Part shown: positions 39,026 through 48,282 of the stretch, piece by piece | Position numbering within the stretch: the first letter of the stretch is position 1 | Layout of the letters: every line of letters starts with the position of its first letter | Assembly (NCBI GenBank): GCA_965228735.1 | Contig: OZ245838.1 | Coordinates: 5,024,001-5,088,000 of the forward strand | Direction of reading: 5' to 3' | DNA: 64,000 bases | From: Planctomycetota bacterium | GTDB lineage: Bacteria > Planctomycetota > UBA1135 > UBA2386 | Notes under the pieces: generated by a model | Databases searched by the model: none | Seen by the model: only the letters and a program-made list of their open reading frames with translations | What the model was told of the DNA's origin: nothing | Made by a program: the position numbers and the translations under genes

Positions 39026-40288
39026 TTACTGCGCGACAGCCTTCGGCCGCTTGACGCTCGGGTCGACCATCCAGAGCAACGGATCGAGTGCGCGAGCGGC
39101 GTAGTGGCGGACGTTCGTCGGCGTCGCGTGCTCGTAGCCGCGGCCGACTGTGCTCGGCGCATGGTCGGTGATGGCGTCGCGGACGTGCTCCGGCACGCCA
39201 GCATCGGCGAGAATCGTGCGGAACGAGTGGCGAAGTGCGTGCGGATGGAACCTGGCTCGGAGCCGCTCGGGCAGATCCTCCCGGCAGCGCCGGAACACGC
39301 GGTCGATCGTGCCCGTTCGGCGTTCGGTGTCCGTGCGCGGGCGGTTGCCGGGTTTCCGCGGGCCGCGAGCGGCACCGCATGGGATCAGGTGGCCGGTTTC
39401 ATCGGCGCTCTCGCGGAGCACGGAGAGCGCGTATGCCAACGGTGCGGCAATCGGCACGCGGCTGCTCTCGGATCGCTTCTGCGCGAGGTCGCGAACGAAG
39501 CCGGCCTGCTCGTCGATGTTCGCCACCGTGACATGGCACAGCCCCTCGCGGCGCAACCCCGAGAAGAGCAGCGCTCCGACGACTGCCGCATCCCAATCGG
39601 CCGCTCGAGCCGATCGCTCGCGCAGCGCGGCGAACAAGTCGCCGAGTTCGTCGATGTCGAACACGTCGCTCGATTTACGCTTCGCGCGAGGTCGCTCCAC
39701 GCGATCCAGCGGGTTCGCGCCGGCGAACCGGCCGCGCCTGATCGCGAGCCGGAACACCCGGTTGAGTGCGCCGAGGCCCTTTCGGATGCGTGTATCGCTT
39801 GGCGGCTTCCCGCGGACGCGCGCGGCACGGCGGGCGGTAACGAACTCGTCAATTCGGGTAGCCGTGATCGCGTGCAGCGGGGTGTCCGGACCGAAGAAGT
39901 CGCAGATCGTGACGAAGTGCTCGTGGTAGCTGCGCCAGGTGCCGTCGTTGCTGTTCACGGTGTCGAGCACTGCCTGGCAGGCTTCCTGAAGCGTGACGAA
40001 CTCGATGCCCTCTCCGGCGTCTCGGCGTTCGCGCATCGCAGCGGCGTCGCGTTTCGCCTGTTCCCTCGTCGTCCACGTGCCGACCTTGACCTTTCCGGCG
40101 ACCTTCATCCGCGCGCGGAAGCGCCAGCCGTCGTGCGAGAACCAACGGTGCTCGCAGCCAGCGACTTTGGCCGGTGCCTTCGTCTTCCGGAGGCGGCGTC
40201 GTTGGGGGGAATCCGCCAGTTTCGCGGGGTTCGTGTCACCCAAAGTGTCACCGCGCCGCAGATCGCTCTTTCGGGTCATGCCGTCCAT
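39026..40288 (-). CDS. int: Site-specific integrase (tyrosine recombinase with an arm-binding N-domain)
   Basis: SGLRREG, HALRH, DH...GY; basic beta-rich N-domain; adjacent to attR. Start uncertain (40279/40288/40315). Confidence 0.93.
   Translation of the reverse strand: MDGMTRKSDLRRGDTLGDTNPAKLADSPQRRRLRKTKAPAKVAGCEHRWFSHDGWRFRARMKVAGKVKVGTWTTREQAKRDAAAMRERRDAGEGIEFVTLQEACQAVLDTVNSNDGTWRSYHEHFVTICDFFGPDTPLHAITATRIDEFVTARRAARVRGKPPSDTRIRKGLGALNRVFRLAIRRGRFAGANPLDRVERPRAKRKSSDVFDIDELGDLFAALRERSARAADWDAAVVGALLFSGLRREGLCHVTVANIDEQAGFVRDLAQKRSESSRVPIAAPLAYALSVLRESADETGHLIPCGAARGPRKPGNRPRTDTERRTGTIDRVFRRCREDLPERLRARFHPHALRHSFRTILADAGVPEHVRDAITDHAPSTVGRGYEHATPTNVRHYAARALDPLLWMVDPSVKRPKAVAQ
40205..40253 (+). 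repeat. Putative integrase arm-type sites, right (2x GTGTCACC)
   Basis: 40/49 identity to 26679-26727. Confidence 0.75.
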
Positions 40289-40354
40289 TTGGCCATTGGA
40301 GGGCAGGAAGCGCAACTAATCGGAGATTGGAGAATGAGCCGATGCCTCGTAACA

Positions 40355-40408
<54 letters not shown>

Positions 40409-40409
<1 letters not shown>

Positions 40410-40454
40410 AACCCCTCAGGACGGCCGACTTGGCTGCCTGAGGGGTTTCTCTTT
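40409..40454 (+). terminator. Terminator hairpin after attR
   Basis: AAACCCCTCAGG/CCTGAGGGGTTT followed by CTCTTT. Confidence 0.75.
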
Positions 40455-40575
40455 GGGGGCTCTTCTTTGGGGGCTTCTTCGGGCTTTGGCCCAGGGCCGT
40501 GAGGCCACCTCCCCCGCCGTTCCGCGGTGGCCGAGCTATGCTCCGGGGCCGATCGCTGATCGCGCATCCACGTTC

Positions 40576-41679
40576 ATGGCCATCACCGCGACCAAGCTCT
40601 GGTTCTTCCGGCTCGGTGCGGCCGGTCTGGCGGCGGCGGTCGCCGGGGCGGTCGCGGTCCTGATCTATCGCGCCCAGACCGAGCAGGTCGTGGTGGTGCG
40701 GACCGCCGAATCGGACGAGGAGCCGTTCCGCAACGGGGCGATGGCCGTCGACCCGTATGTCGGACACCGTGTCGCCCGCAACGCGACGACGCGGTTTCGC
40801 CTGGGCCCGATCGGCGGCGAGCCGATCGCGATCGACCGGCACTCCAACAACCACGGGTTCATCAGCAACGAGGATCTGCCCGAGGCGATTACGGGACCGC
40901 GCGTCGTGATCCTCGGTGACAGTCACACGATGGGCGTGGTCAGCACGGAGGACAACGTCGGTCCCGTCCTGCAGCGCCGCTTGCGCCGCGATGCAGGCCA
41001 CAGCACCGCCACGGTGATGAACGCCGGGGCCGGGTTGTACAGTCTCTACCAGTATCTGCTGCGCGCCCGGCAACTGCTGCCGCGCTATCGCCCGCAGGCC
41101 CTCGTGGTCGTCGCGTTCCTCGGCAACGACCTGCTCAACCTCGAAGACGTCCGGCGGCCGCACTTGACCGACGAGCTCGTCGAGTCGCCGGCCGACGAGG
41201 ATCCGCCACCCGAACAGACCACGGCGCGGTTCGAACGCCTCGAGCTCCCGCCGGGCGGCAGGGCGGCGTTCTGGCAGGGGCTGCACCAGGCCGAGTACTT
41301 CCGCGCGCAGCCGCAGCGTCGGCCGCCCATGTTGCGCAAGTCGGTGTACACGCTCCGGGCGCTCGGCGAGTTGTGCGATGAGCACGATTGCCGGCTGTTC
41401 GTCGTGCTGTTGCCGTCCTTCGATCTCGTGTTCCCGGAGCACGCCGGTCTCGCCGGCCCGCGGGTCGTCGAACTCGTCGAATCGGGTGTGCAGGCCGAAC
41501 TCTACGAATCGTTCCGGGCGCAGGTGGAACGCCTCGGCATCGCGCACGTCGACCTGCTCCCGCGCTTCTTGGCCGATGGGCGCGTCGATCTCTACGCGAC
41601 GGACATGCACATCTTCGTTCGAGGTCACGCGATCGTCGCGGAGGTGATTCATGACCACCTCGCCGGCGTGCTGCGATGA
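40576..41679 (+). CDS. SGNH/GDSL hydrolase family protein, membrane-anchored
   Basis: NNHGF, ILGDSHTMG, FLGND, DMH...GH motifs. Confidence 0.85.
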   Translation: MAITATKLWFFRLGAAGLAAAVAGAVAVLIYRAQTEQVVVVRTAESDEEPFRNGAMAVDPYVGHRVARNATTRFRLGPIGGEPIAIDRHSNNHGFISNEDLPEAITGPRVVILGDSHTMGVVSTEDNVGPVLQRRLRRDAGHSTATVMNAGAGLYSLYQYLLRARQLLPRYRPQALVVVAFLGNDLLNLEDVRRPHLTDELVESPADEDPPPEQTTARFERLELPPGGRAAFWQGLHQAEYFRAQPQRRPPMLRKSVYTLRALGELCDEHDCRLFVVLLPSFDLVFPEHAGLAGPRVVELVESGVQAELYESFRAQVERLGIAHVDLLPRFLADGRVDLYATDMHIFVRGHAIVAEVIHDHLAGVLR

Positions 41680-41744
41680 CGGGCCAAGATCAGTTCGCGG
41701 TGATTTCCTGAACCGCTCGTCCTCGCTCAGGACTCCAGTTCGAC

Positions 41745-44700
41745 GTGACCCCGAACCCCGAAGCCGACCTGCAGGCGATGCTGCAGCGCGAGTTCCGCTG
41801 GCTGCAGCGGATGACGCGAGGGCTGGCCGGGAACGATTCCGCGGCCGGGGACGATCTGGCGCAGGACACGTTGTTGTGCGCGCTCGCGCAGCCGGCCACC
41901 GTCGTCCGACGGCCACGGGCGTGGCTGCGCACGATCGCGGCCAACCTCTGGGCGCGGCAGCGGCGGCGCGAGTCGCGGCGGCGCGACGTCGAGACGACCG
42001 CGGCGCCCGAGGCCGACGGCGCGGCGAACGCGCCCGACGAGATCGTCGCGCGCACGCAGCTGCTCGGCGTCGTCGTCGAAGAGCTGCTCGCGCTCGGCGA
42101 GCCGTACCGCACGGCGCTGTTGCTCCGCTTCCAGGAGGGGCTGCCGCTGAACGAGGCGGCAGCGCGCCTCGGCGTGCCGGTCGAGACGCTGCGAACGCGA
42201 CAGAAGCGCGGGCTCGCGCAGCTGCGGCAGCGACTCGATCAGCGGCACGGCAATCGTACCGGCTGGGTCACGGTTCTCGGGCCGGCGTTTGCCGGTCGAT
42301 TGCCGTTGTCTGCTGCGGCCCTGCCGCTCCTCGCCATGACCCCCAAGCTCGTCGTTTCTCTCGCAGCCGCAATCGTCGCAGTCGGTGTGGCTGCCGTTCT
42401 CTGGCAGGGCTCGGACGGCGCTCCGGTCCCGAACGAGACGGGTGATGCGACAGCGGGTCCGGTTGCACCGTCGAGCGGCGCGATGCCGGATGGGGGCGTA
42501 CCGGTGCCGACCCGCGAGGTCGTCGCCGCAGAAGACGACAACGACCCGGAGTCGAGCCGGGTGCAGCTCCTGGTAACCGGGCAGGTCGTCGATGAAGAGT
42601 CGGGCAGCGCGATCGCCGGCGCGACGATCTCGTGGCGACGCGGGACGTTCGCGGACCACGATGCGAGCGCGGAAACGGTGACGAGCGGCAAGGACGGTAC
42701 GTTCTCGCTGCCGTCCACGGCCAGGGACGCCGCGCGGCAGGAGCTCGTCGTTCACAGCACGGATCACGCGCTGTTCGTGCAGCGGCTCGGCACGGTGCCG
42801 GAATCGGCGGCTGCCGATCAGCCACCCGTTCTCGACGTCGGCACGATCGAGCTGCCGCCCGGCACGGGCGTGCACGGCGAAGTCGTCGACGCGCGCGGTC
42901 AGCCGGCCGCGGGCGCCGAGCTGTTGCTCTGCGTCGATCCGATCTGGACGACCAACGGGCAACGGCGCATGCAGCTGCCGCGCGCCTTCCCGCAGGGGCG
43001 CACCGACGGCGCGGGCCGGTTCACGCTGCCGAACCGCGTGTGCGATCGCGGCCCGACGTATCAGCCGCTGCTGATCGCGCGTGGCGATGGCGGGCTCGGC
43101 TGGGCGCAGCTCGAGGTGCGTCGCAGTCGGCACGAGAGCCGCGACATCCGAATCGCGCTGTTGCCGAGCGCGCGGTTGCTCGTTCGGGTCGTCGACGAAC
43201 GGGGCCAGCCGTTGGTCGGTGCGCGCGTGACTGCCGAGCCGCGGTTCCCGCCGATCGGGCAGCGCGCCGACTTTCCGCTGCCCCTCGGCCCGCTCGAGTC
43301 GTTGTTCGCGCGCATCACCGGCGCCGCTGGCGATGCGACGTTCGACCTGCCCCTGCCACCAAACGTCGAAGCGCCGGCATACGCGCTGCGCGTGACGGCG
43401 ACCGGTCGGGCCGACCTGCTCGAGCGCGAGGTCGAGCTCGATGTCGAGCGGGCGATGACGATGACCCTGACACTGACGACGAGTCGCTCGGTCACCGTGC
43501 GCGGTCGGGTCGTCGACGACGGCGGCGAACCGATCGCCGGCGCGCAGGTCGCCGTCAGCGGCGTGGAGCCGGTGCTCGTACAGACGGACACGCGCGGCGA
43601 CTACGTAGCCACGACCGTGGTCGATGGCGTCAGCGTCGGTGTTCGCGCGACCGCCGCCGGCCATACGACAGCGGACGATCGCCTCGCGATCGAAGCCGGC
43701 AGTTCCGAGCTCCGGAGCGACTTCACGCTCGAAGCGGCGTTGCCGCTGCACGGCGTCGTCGTCGACCAGCATGGCGAGCCGATCTCGGCGGCCGCGGTGC
43801 ACGTCGCGAACCATCTGTACGGCCACGTGAAGACCGACGGCGCGGGCCGATTCGAGGTTGCGGGCGTCCCGGCAGCGCGCGCCGCGTCGATCCACATCTA
43901 CCCGCCGAACGGCAGCAATGCCTACGTCGGTTCGGTGTTGCACGCGGCCCGACCCGGCGCAAGCCCGCTGCACATCACGCTCGAACGCCTCGCGAGCGGG
44001 CGTTGTCGTCTCGACGTCGAGCTCGTCGGCGCGAGCGGCGAACGCCTCGAGATCCAGCGCCTGCAGCTCCTGCACCTCGAACGCGCGGACGGCCTGTCGC
44101 ATCCCGCGACTCCGACGCTCGGCGCGATCACGGCGACGGGGTTACGAGCCGGCCGTTGGCGACTGGACGTGCGCGCCGTCACGGGTCCGAGCCTCGTCGA
44201 GGAGTTCGTGATCGCGCCTGGGCAGGAGCGTTGTGAGCTGCGGCTCGTGCAGGCCCAGGGTGTGGGGCTCGACGTCGTGTTCGCGCTGCCCGACGCCGCG
44301 CAACTGCCTGACGGCATCACACTCCCCGAGTCGGTGTCGCTGCGATTCGCCGGCACGGGTCAGAGCGCACGCTTGCAGCTCGCCGATGGCTCCATGTCGC
44401 GGCGGGTGCAGGTCGATCCTCGGGAACGTTCGGCCGTGCGGGTGATCGACGTCGATCCGGGGCGCGGGCTCGTGGTGACGGCCGAGGCCGACGGTTGGGT
44501 GGCGCGTCGCCACATCGCGCCCGGCGCCGTGGACGGCGGCGAGGTGCGGCTCGAACTGGCGCGCGCCGCAGCCGTGCGCTTCGCGAGCACCGCGCCGTGG
44601 CCGTTCGACGGCTTCGTGCTGCAGTTCCGCCACGGCAACGAACCCTGGGGCGAACGCATGCAGTTCTCCGGCATGCAAGGCGCGACCGATCTCGTGCGCT

Positions 44701-44846
44701 GGCCGCTCCCCACGGGCGCGACGGAGTGGCAACTGACCGAGCCGACGTCGGGCGCCGACAACCGCGGAGAGCCGCGCGTGCATCGCGGCGCGGCCGATCT
44801 GCAGGCCGGCGAGACCGCGCCGATCGTGATTCGGCCGGGGCGGTAG
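41745..44846 (+). CDS. ECF sigma-70 factor fused to a TM helix and carboxypeptidase-regulatory-like repeats
   Basis: GDDLAQDT, AWLRTIAAN, EAAARLGVPVETLRTRQKRGL, TM helix, repeats. Confidence 0.88.
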   Translation: MTPNPEADLQAMLQREFRWLQRMTRGLAGNDSAAGDDLAQDTLLCALAQPATVVRRPRAWLRTIAANLWARQRRRESRRRDVETTAAPEADGAANAPDEIVARTQLLGVVVEELLALGEPYRTALLLRFQEGLPLNEAAARLGVPVETLRTRQKRGLAQLRQRLDQRHGNRTGWVTVLGPAFAGRLPLSAAALPLLAMTPKLVVSLAAAIVAVGVAAVLWQGSDGAPVPNETGDATAGPVAPSSGAMPDGGVPVPTREVVAAEDDNDPESSRVQLLVTGQVVDEESGSAIAGATISWRRGTFADHDASAETVTSGKDGTFSLPSTARDAARQELVVHSTDHALFVQRLGTVPESAAADQPPVLDVGTIELPPGTGVHGEVVDARGQPAAGAELLLCVDPIWTTNGQRRMQLPRAFPQGRTDGAGRFTLPNRVCDRGPTYQPLLIARGDGGLGWAQLEVRRSRHESRDIRIALLPSARLLVRVVDERGQPLVGARVTAEPRFPPIGQRADFPLPLGPLESLFARITGAAGDATFDLPLPPNVEAPAYALRVTATGRADLLEREVELDVERAMTMTLTLTTSRSVTVRGRVVDDGGEPIAGAQVAVSGVEPVLVQTDTRGDYVATTVVDGVSVGVRATAAGHTTADDRLAIEAGSSELRSDFTLEAALPLHGVVVDQHGEPISAAAVHVANHLYGHVKTDGAGRFEVAGVPAARAASIHIYPPNGSNAYVGSVLHAARPGASPLHITLERLASGRCRLDVELVGASGERLEIQRLQLLHLERADGLSHPATPTLGAITATGLRAGRWRLDVRAVTGPSLVEEFVIAPGQERCELRLVQAQGVGLDVVFALPDAAQLPDGITLPESVSLRFAGTGQSARLQLADGSMSRRVQVDPRERSAVRVIDVDPGRGLVVTAEADGWVARRHIAPGAVDGGEVRLELARAAAVRFASTAPWPFDGFVLQFRHGNEPWGERMQFSGMQGATDLVRWPLPTGATEWQLTEPTSGADNRGEPRVHRGAADLQAGETAPIVIRPGR

Positions 44847-44944
44847 GCCACTGTCGCGGCGCGAAGTGCAAGCCGTCGCGGCGGGAGAGCTCGACGAGGT
44901 CACGATGCGGCCCGCGGAGAAGTAGTTGCGGCATAATGGTCGGC

Positions 44945-45499
44945 ATGGCTCGTCCTGCCGGAATCCTCGCGTTGGCGCTCTTCGCGACCGCATGTGAGTC
45001 CACGCCGGAGGTTCGACCCGCCGACGCGATGTCGAGCGCTCGCGCGACCGCGGGGCGCTACACGTTGGCGGAGCGCGCGATGGAACACCCGCCTTCGGGT
45101 GAGCTCGAGCTGCGCCGCGACGGCTCGTTCGCCCTGGAGGTCCGATGGCCACCGCCTGCGGCCGTCACGTTCGGGGCGTTGGTCGGCGAGCCCGGGACCA
45201 TGACCGGGAAGTGGGTCGGTGACCTCGGTGACGAGGGGCTCGTGCACCTGTTCGTGCACCGGGACCCGGATGCGTCCGACCTGGTGTTGCTCACGTATCT
45301 CGACGGTGCGACGTTTCATTTGCCGCAGCGCGTCGTGAGCGCGGTGCCGTGCGGAACGCGCTCCCACCGGTTGTCCCGAAACCGGCTGATCGTCCTGTGG
45401 CTCGGCGACAGCCCGGCAGCGATCACCCGGAAGGCCACGCTGTCCTCGACCTGCGCAGCAATCTTCCGCGAGGCAAAGGTGCCAGTGCAGTACGCGTAG
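44945..45499 (+). CDS. Putative lipoprotein whose C-terminus runs antisense into an IS remnant
   Basis: Lipobox-like ATAC; the last ~40 codons overlap the transposase fragment. Confidence 0.55.
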   Translation: MARPAGILALALFATACESTPEVRPADAMSSARATAGRYTLAERAMEHPPSGELELRRDGSFALEVRWPPPAAVTFGALVGEPGTMTGKWVGDLGDEGLVHLFVHRDPDASDLVLLTYLDGATFHLPQRVVSAVPCGTRSHRLSRNRLIVLWLGDSPAAITRKATLSSTCAAIFREAKVPVQYA

Positions 45500-45705
45500 A
45501 TCAGCAGCGCCAGCATCACGCGCGGCGGGTAGGCCTGCTCGCCTTTGCCGCAGGCGCGGTACTTCTGCAGCAGCTTTTCGATGTCGAGCTGATCGACAGC
45601 GTCGATCACGAACCACGCGAGGTGGTTGTCCGGGAGCCAGTCGCTCGGCGACGGCGGCAGCAGGAAGCCCTGACGACGATCCTCTTGCTTGCGAAACGAG
45701 CCCAT
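45371..45705 (-). pseudogene. IS1182-family transposase N-terminal fragment (DUF772)
   Basis: RRQGFLLPPS...WLPDNHLA...YPPRVMLALLIYAY...SRKIA...HRTISRFR, then truncated; no DDE domain. Confidence 0.88.
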
Positions 45706-45790
45706 GCCCTACCTACGATAGGGCATGGGCTCGCCGGGTTTTCCTTCTACGGAACTTCAGCGCTTCATGGCCGTCCCGTGGCGCAAATTC

Positions 45791-46903
45791 CTAGAGCCCG
45801 AGTCGTGCGCGCACGACAGCGACGACCTGGTGCGCGCGGTCTCTCCGCTTCACCGGGACGCGATCCGGAAGCTGTTGCACGGCTTCGAAGTGTTCCGGCT
45901 GCGCGAGTCGGATGATTGCGTCGAGATCCTCATCGTCGAGGTGGGTCGGGTATTGGCACAACAACGGCACAGCGGCGGCGCCGTTCAATCGCGCGAGGTG
46001 CCGGCCGTGGAGAAGGTGTTGCTTCGCTTCGGGAACCGCTAGCAGCGCCGCGCGCAAGTGCTGCGGGTCGCGGTACTGCAGGCGGTGAGCCGCGAGCCAG
46101 TCGCAGTGTGCAGACTCAGCCACACACCGTGCCAATGCGGCGTCGGCAACGGGTCCTCGGAGCTCGCCGATGCTCACGGCGGCCGCCAGGCTCGCCCTGC
46201 GGTTAGGGCCCAATGCGATCTCGGTCAAGCGGCTGAGCGCGCGGTAGTGTCCGGCGACTCCCGCAGCGCGGATCGCCCATCGCGTTCGGCGGTGGCAGGC
46301 GTGTGGGATCGGCTGCTCCAGCACCGAGTCCACGACGCTCGGCGAGAATGCGGCACGAAGCCGCATGGTCGCGGCGGCGAACGTCGGGCCGTGCGGCCCG
46401 AGTTCGAGACTGCGCAGCGTGCGCCACTGCCGGTCCACGCTGTGCGGGGCGCCGACGCGCATCAGTACGGCGAGGGCCCGCAAGCGGATCAGCGGATCTT
46501 CGCTGCCGAGCCCCGTGGTGACCCAGTTCTCCGCCGCGGAGCCATGGGGAACGCAGCCGGTGCGGACCGCTGGCCGCACCCTGGGGTTGGCGATGAAGCG
46601 CCGTACCCGTTCGTCGAACTCGCGAAACGGGTCGCTGAAATCGTGCAGCGCATCGTATCGCTCGAAGTCGGACTCGATGTCGTACTCCCATGCCGGGATC
46701 GCTGTCGCACCGCGTTCGAAGACGGCGATCGCGTGCGCGATCTGCTCCTCGATGCCGCACTCGTCCGAAGCGGTCGCTGCGGCCGCCGGAGCCGTCGGCT
46801 CGTCGGTTGTGGGCTCGACCGTTGCGGTTGCCGGCGTTCCCGCCGTGAAGTCGGCGCAGGCACCGAACGACAGCGCTGCGAGGATCACGACGGGCCGGGG
46901 CAT
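45791..46903 (-). CDS. Putative lipoprotein with HEAT-like repeats
   Basis: FGAC lipobox; helical LxxLAxxL repeats. Confidence 0.6.
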   Translation of the reverse strand: MPRPVVILAALSFGACADFTAGTPATATVEPTTDEPTAPAAAATASDECGIEEQIAHAIAVFERGATAIPAWEYDIESDFERYDALHDFSDPFREFDERVRRFIANPRVRPAVRTGCVPHGSAAENWVTTGLGSEDPLIRLRALAVLMRVGAPHSVDRQWRTLRSLELGPHGPTFAAATMRLRAAFSPSVVDSVLEQPIPHACHRRTRWAIRAAGVAGHYRALSRLTEIALGPNRRASLAAAVSIGELRGPVADAALARCVAESAHCDWLAAHRLQYRDPQHLRAALLAVPEAKQHLLHGRHLARLNGAAAVPLLCQYPTHLDDEDLDAIIRLAQPEHFEAVQQLPDRVPVKRRDRAHQVVAVVRARLGL

Positions 46904-46955
46904 ACGACCAAGGAACGCGGCGACGCGGCGCCGGGTTCACGCGTTGGCCGCGACC

Positions 46956-48233
46956 TCACGCTTCGCGGGATTCGTCCGCCGCGGACACGAGCGCGTCCTG
47001 CGTGTCGCCGTCGAACACCGGCGAGACGGTCTGCGCGGCCTGCAGCGCTTCCTGGAACGGCACGTGGTCGGCCACCGCGGGTGCCGTGACGCGCGCGCGG
47101 CGCCAGAGGACGAACAGTGCCAGCGCGATCTGCACGCCGGTCGCGAACGCGAACACGACACCCGGGCCCATCACGTCCGCGAGCGCGGATGCGAGCAGCG
47201 GGCCGACGACCGCGCCCGCGGCGTAGACGAGGAGCAGGCCGCTCGACGTCTCGACGAAGTCGGTCGGCTCGGCATGGTCGTTCGTGTGCGCGACACCGAG
47301 GCTGTAGATCGGAAACATCGCGGCGCCCCATGTGGCCGTCGCGCCGTAGAGCAGCCACGGCGCATCGGTCGGCCGGAGCGCGAGCAGCAGCGACGCGCCC
47401 GTCGCGAGCGCGGCCGCGAGCAGGATCACGAGGCGGCGGTCACCGCGGTCCGACAGCTTGCCGAGCGGCCATTGGCCGAGCGCGCCGCCGAGCACCGTGG
47501 CGCTCATGAAGAACGCGATCCCCGAGTCCGCGAGGCCCGCGTCGCGCGCGAACTGCGGGCCGAGGGCCCAGAACGGGCCGGTGCCGAGGCCGGTCGCGAC
47601 GCACGCTGCGACGCCGGCGGGCGATGTGCGGTAGAGCCGGCCGATGCGCACCCTGGTCGACTGGATGGGCGCGGGCGCGGTCGCACCGGACAACGCGACC
47701 GGCACCGCGGCGAGCGAGATCAGGATCGCCACGAGCGCGAACGGTTGCATCTGCCGGGGGTCGTTGAGCGGCAGCAGCAGTTGACCCGCGGTCACGACCG
47801 ACAGGTTGATGAGCATGTAGAGCCCGAGCACGACGCCGCGGGTCGCCTTCGTCGAGCGCTCGTTGAGCCAGCTCTCGATCACCATGTAGAGCACCGCGAA
47901 GCAGAAGCCGGTGCCGACGCGCAGCAGCCACCAGATCGGTGCCGCGACGAAGAACGCGTGCAGCAGCACGATCGCGGCCGCGACCGCGGTCATCGCGGTG
48001 AATGCGCGGATGTGGCCGACGCGCCCGACGAGCCGCGGGCCGAACAGGCAGCCGGTGAGGAAGCCGGCGAAGTAGCTCGACCCGATGAGCGCGATGCCCG
48101 TCATCGAGAAACCCTCGAGCGCGCCGCGCACGGGCAGCAGCAGCCCCTGCAGGCCGTTGCCGGTCAGCAGGATCGCCACGCTGGTGAGCAGCGCGGCGAC
48201 GGGGAGGAGAGCGCTCGAGAGCCTCGGGGTCAC
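46956..48233 (-). CDS. MFS transporter (YcaD-like)
   Basis: About 12 TM helices; VGHIRAF, VIESWLNE, GKLSDRGDRR. Confidence 0.92.
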   Translation of the reverse strand: MTPRLSSALLPVAALLTSVAILLTGNGLQGLLLPVRGALEGFSMTGIALIGSSYFAGFLTGCLFGPRLVGRVGHIRAFTAMTAVAAAIVLLHAFFVAAPIWWLLRVGTGFCFAVLYMVIESWLNERSTKATRGVVLGLYMLINLSVVTAGQLLLPLNDPRQMQPFALVAILISLAAVPVALSGATAPAPIQSTRVRIGRLYRTSPAGVAACVATGLGTGPFWALGPQFARDAGLADSGIAFFMSATVLGGALGQWPLGKLSDRGDRRLVILLAAALATGASLLLALRPTDAPWLLYGATATWGAAMFPIYSLGVAHTNDHAEPTDFVETSSGLLLVYAAGAVVGPLLASALADVMGPGVVFAFATGVQIALALFVLWRRARVTAPAVADHVPFQEALQAAQTVSPVFDGDTQDALVSAADESREA

Positions 48234-48282
48234 GCGGCGCGCAGCGTAGCGTGCGCGCGCCGCGTTTCGAGGCGGCGACCGA

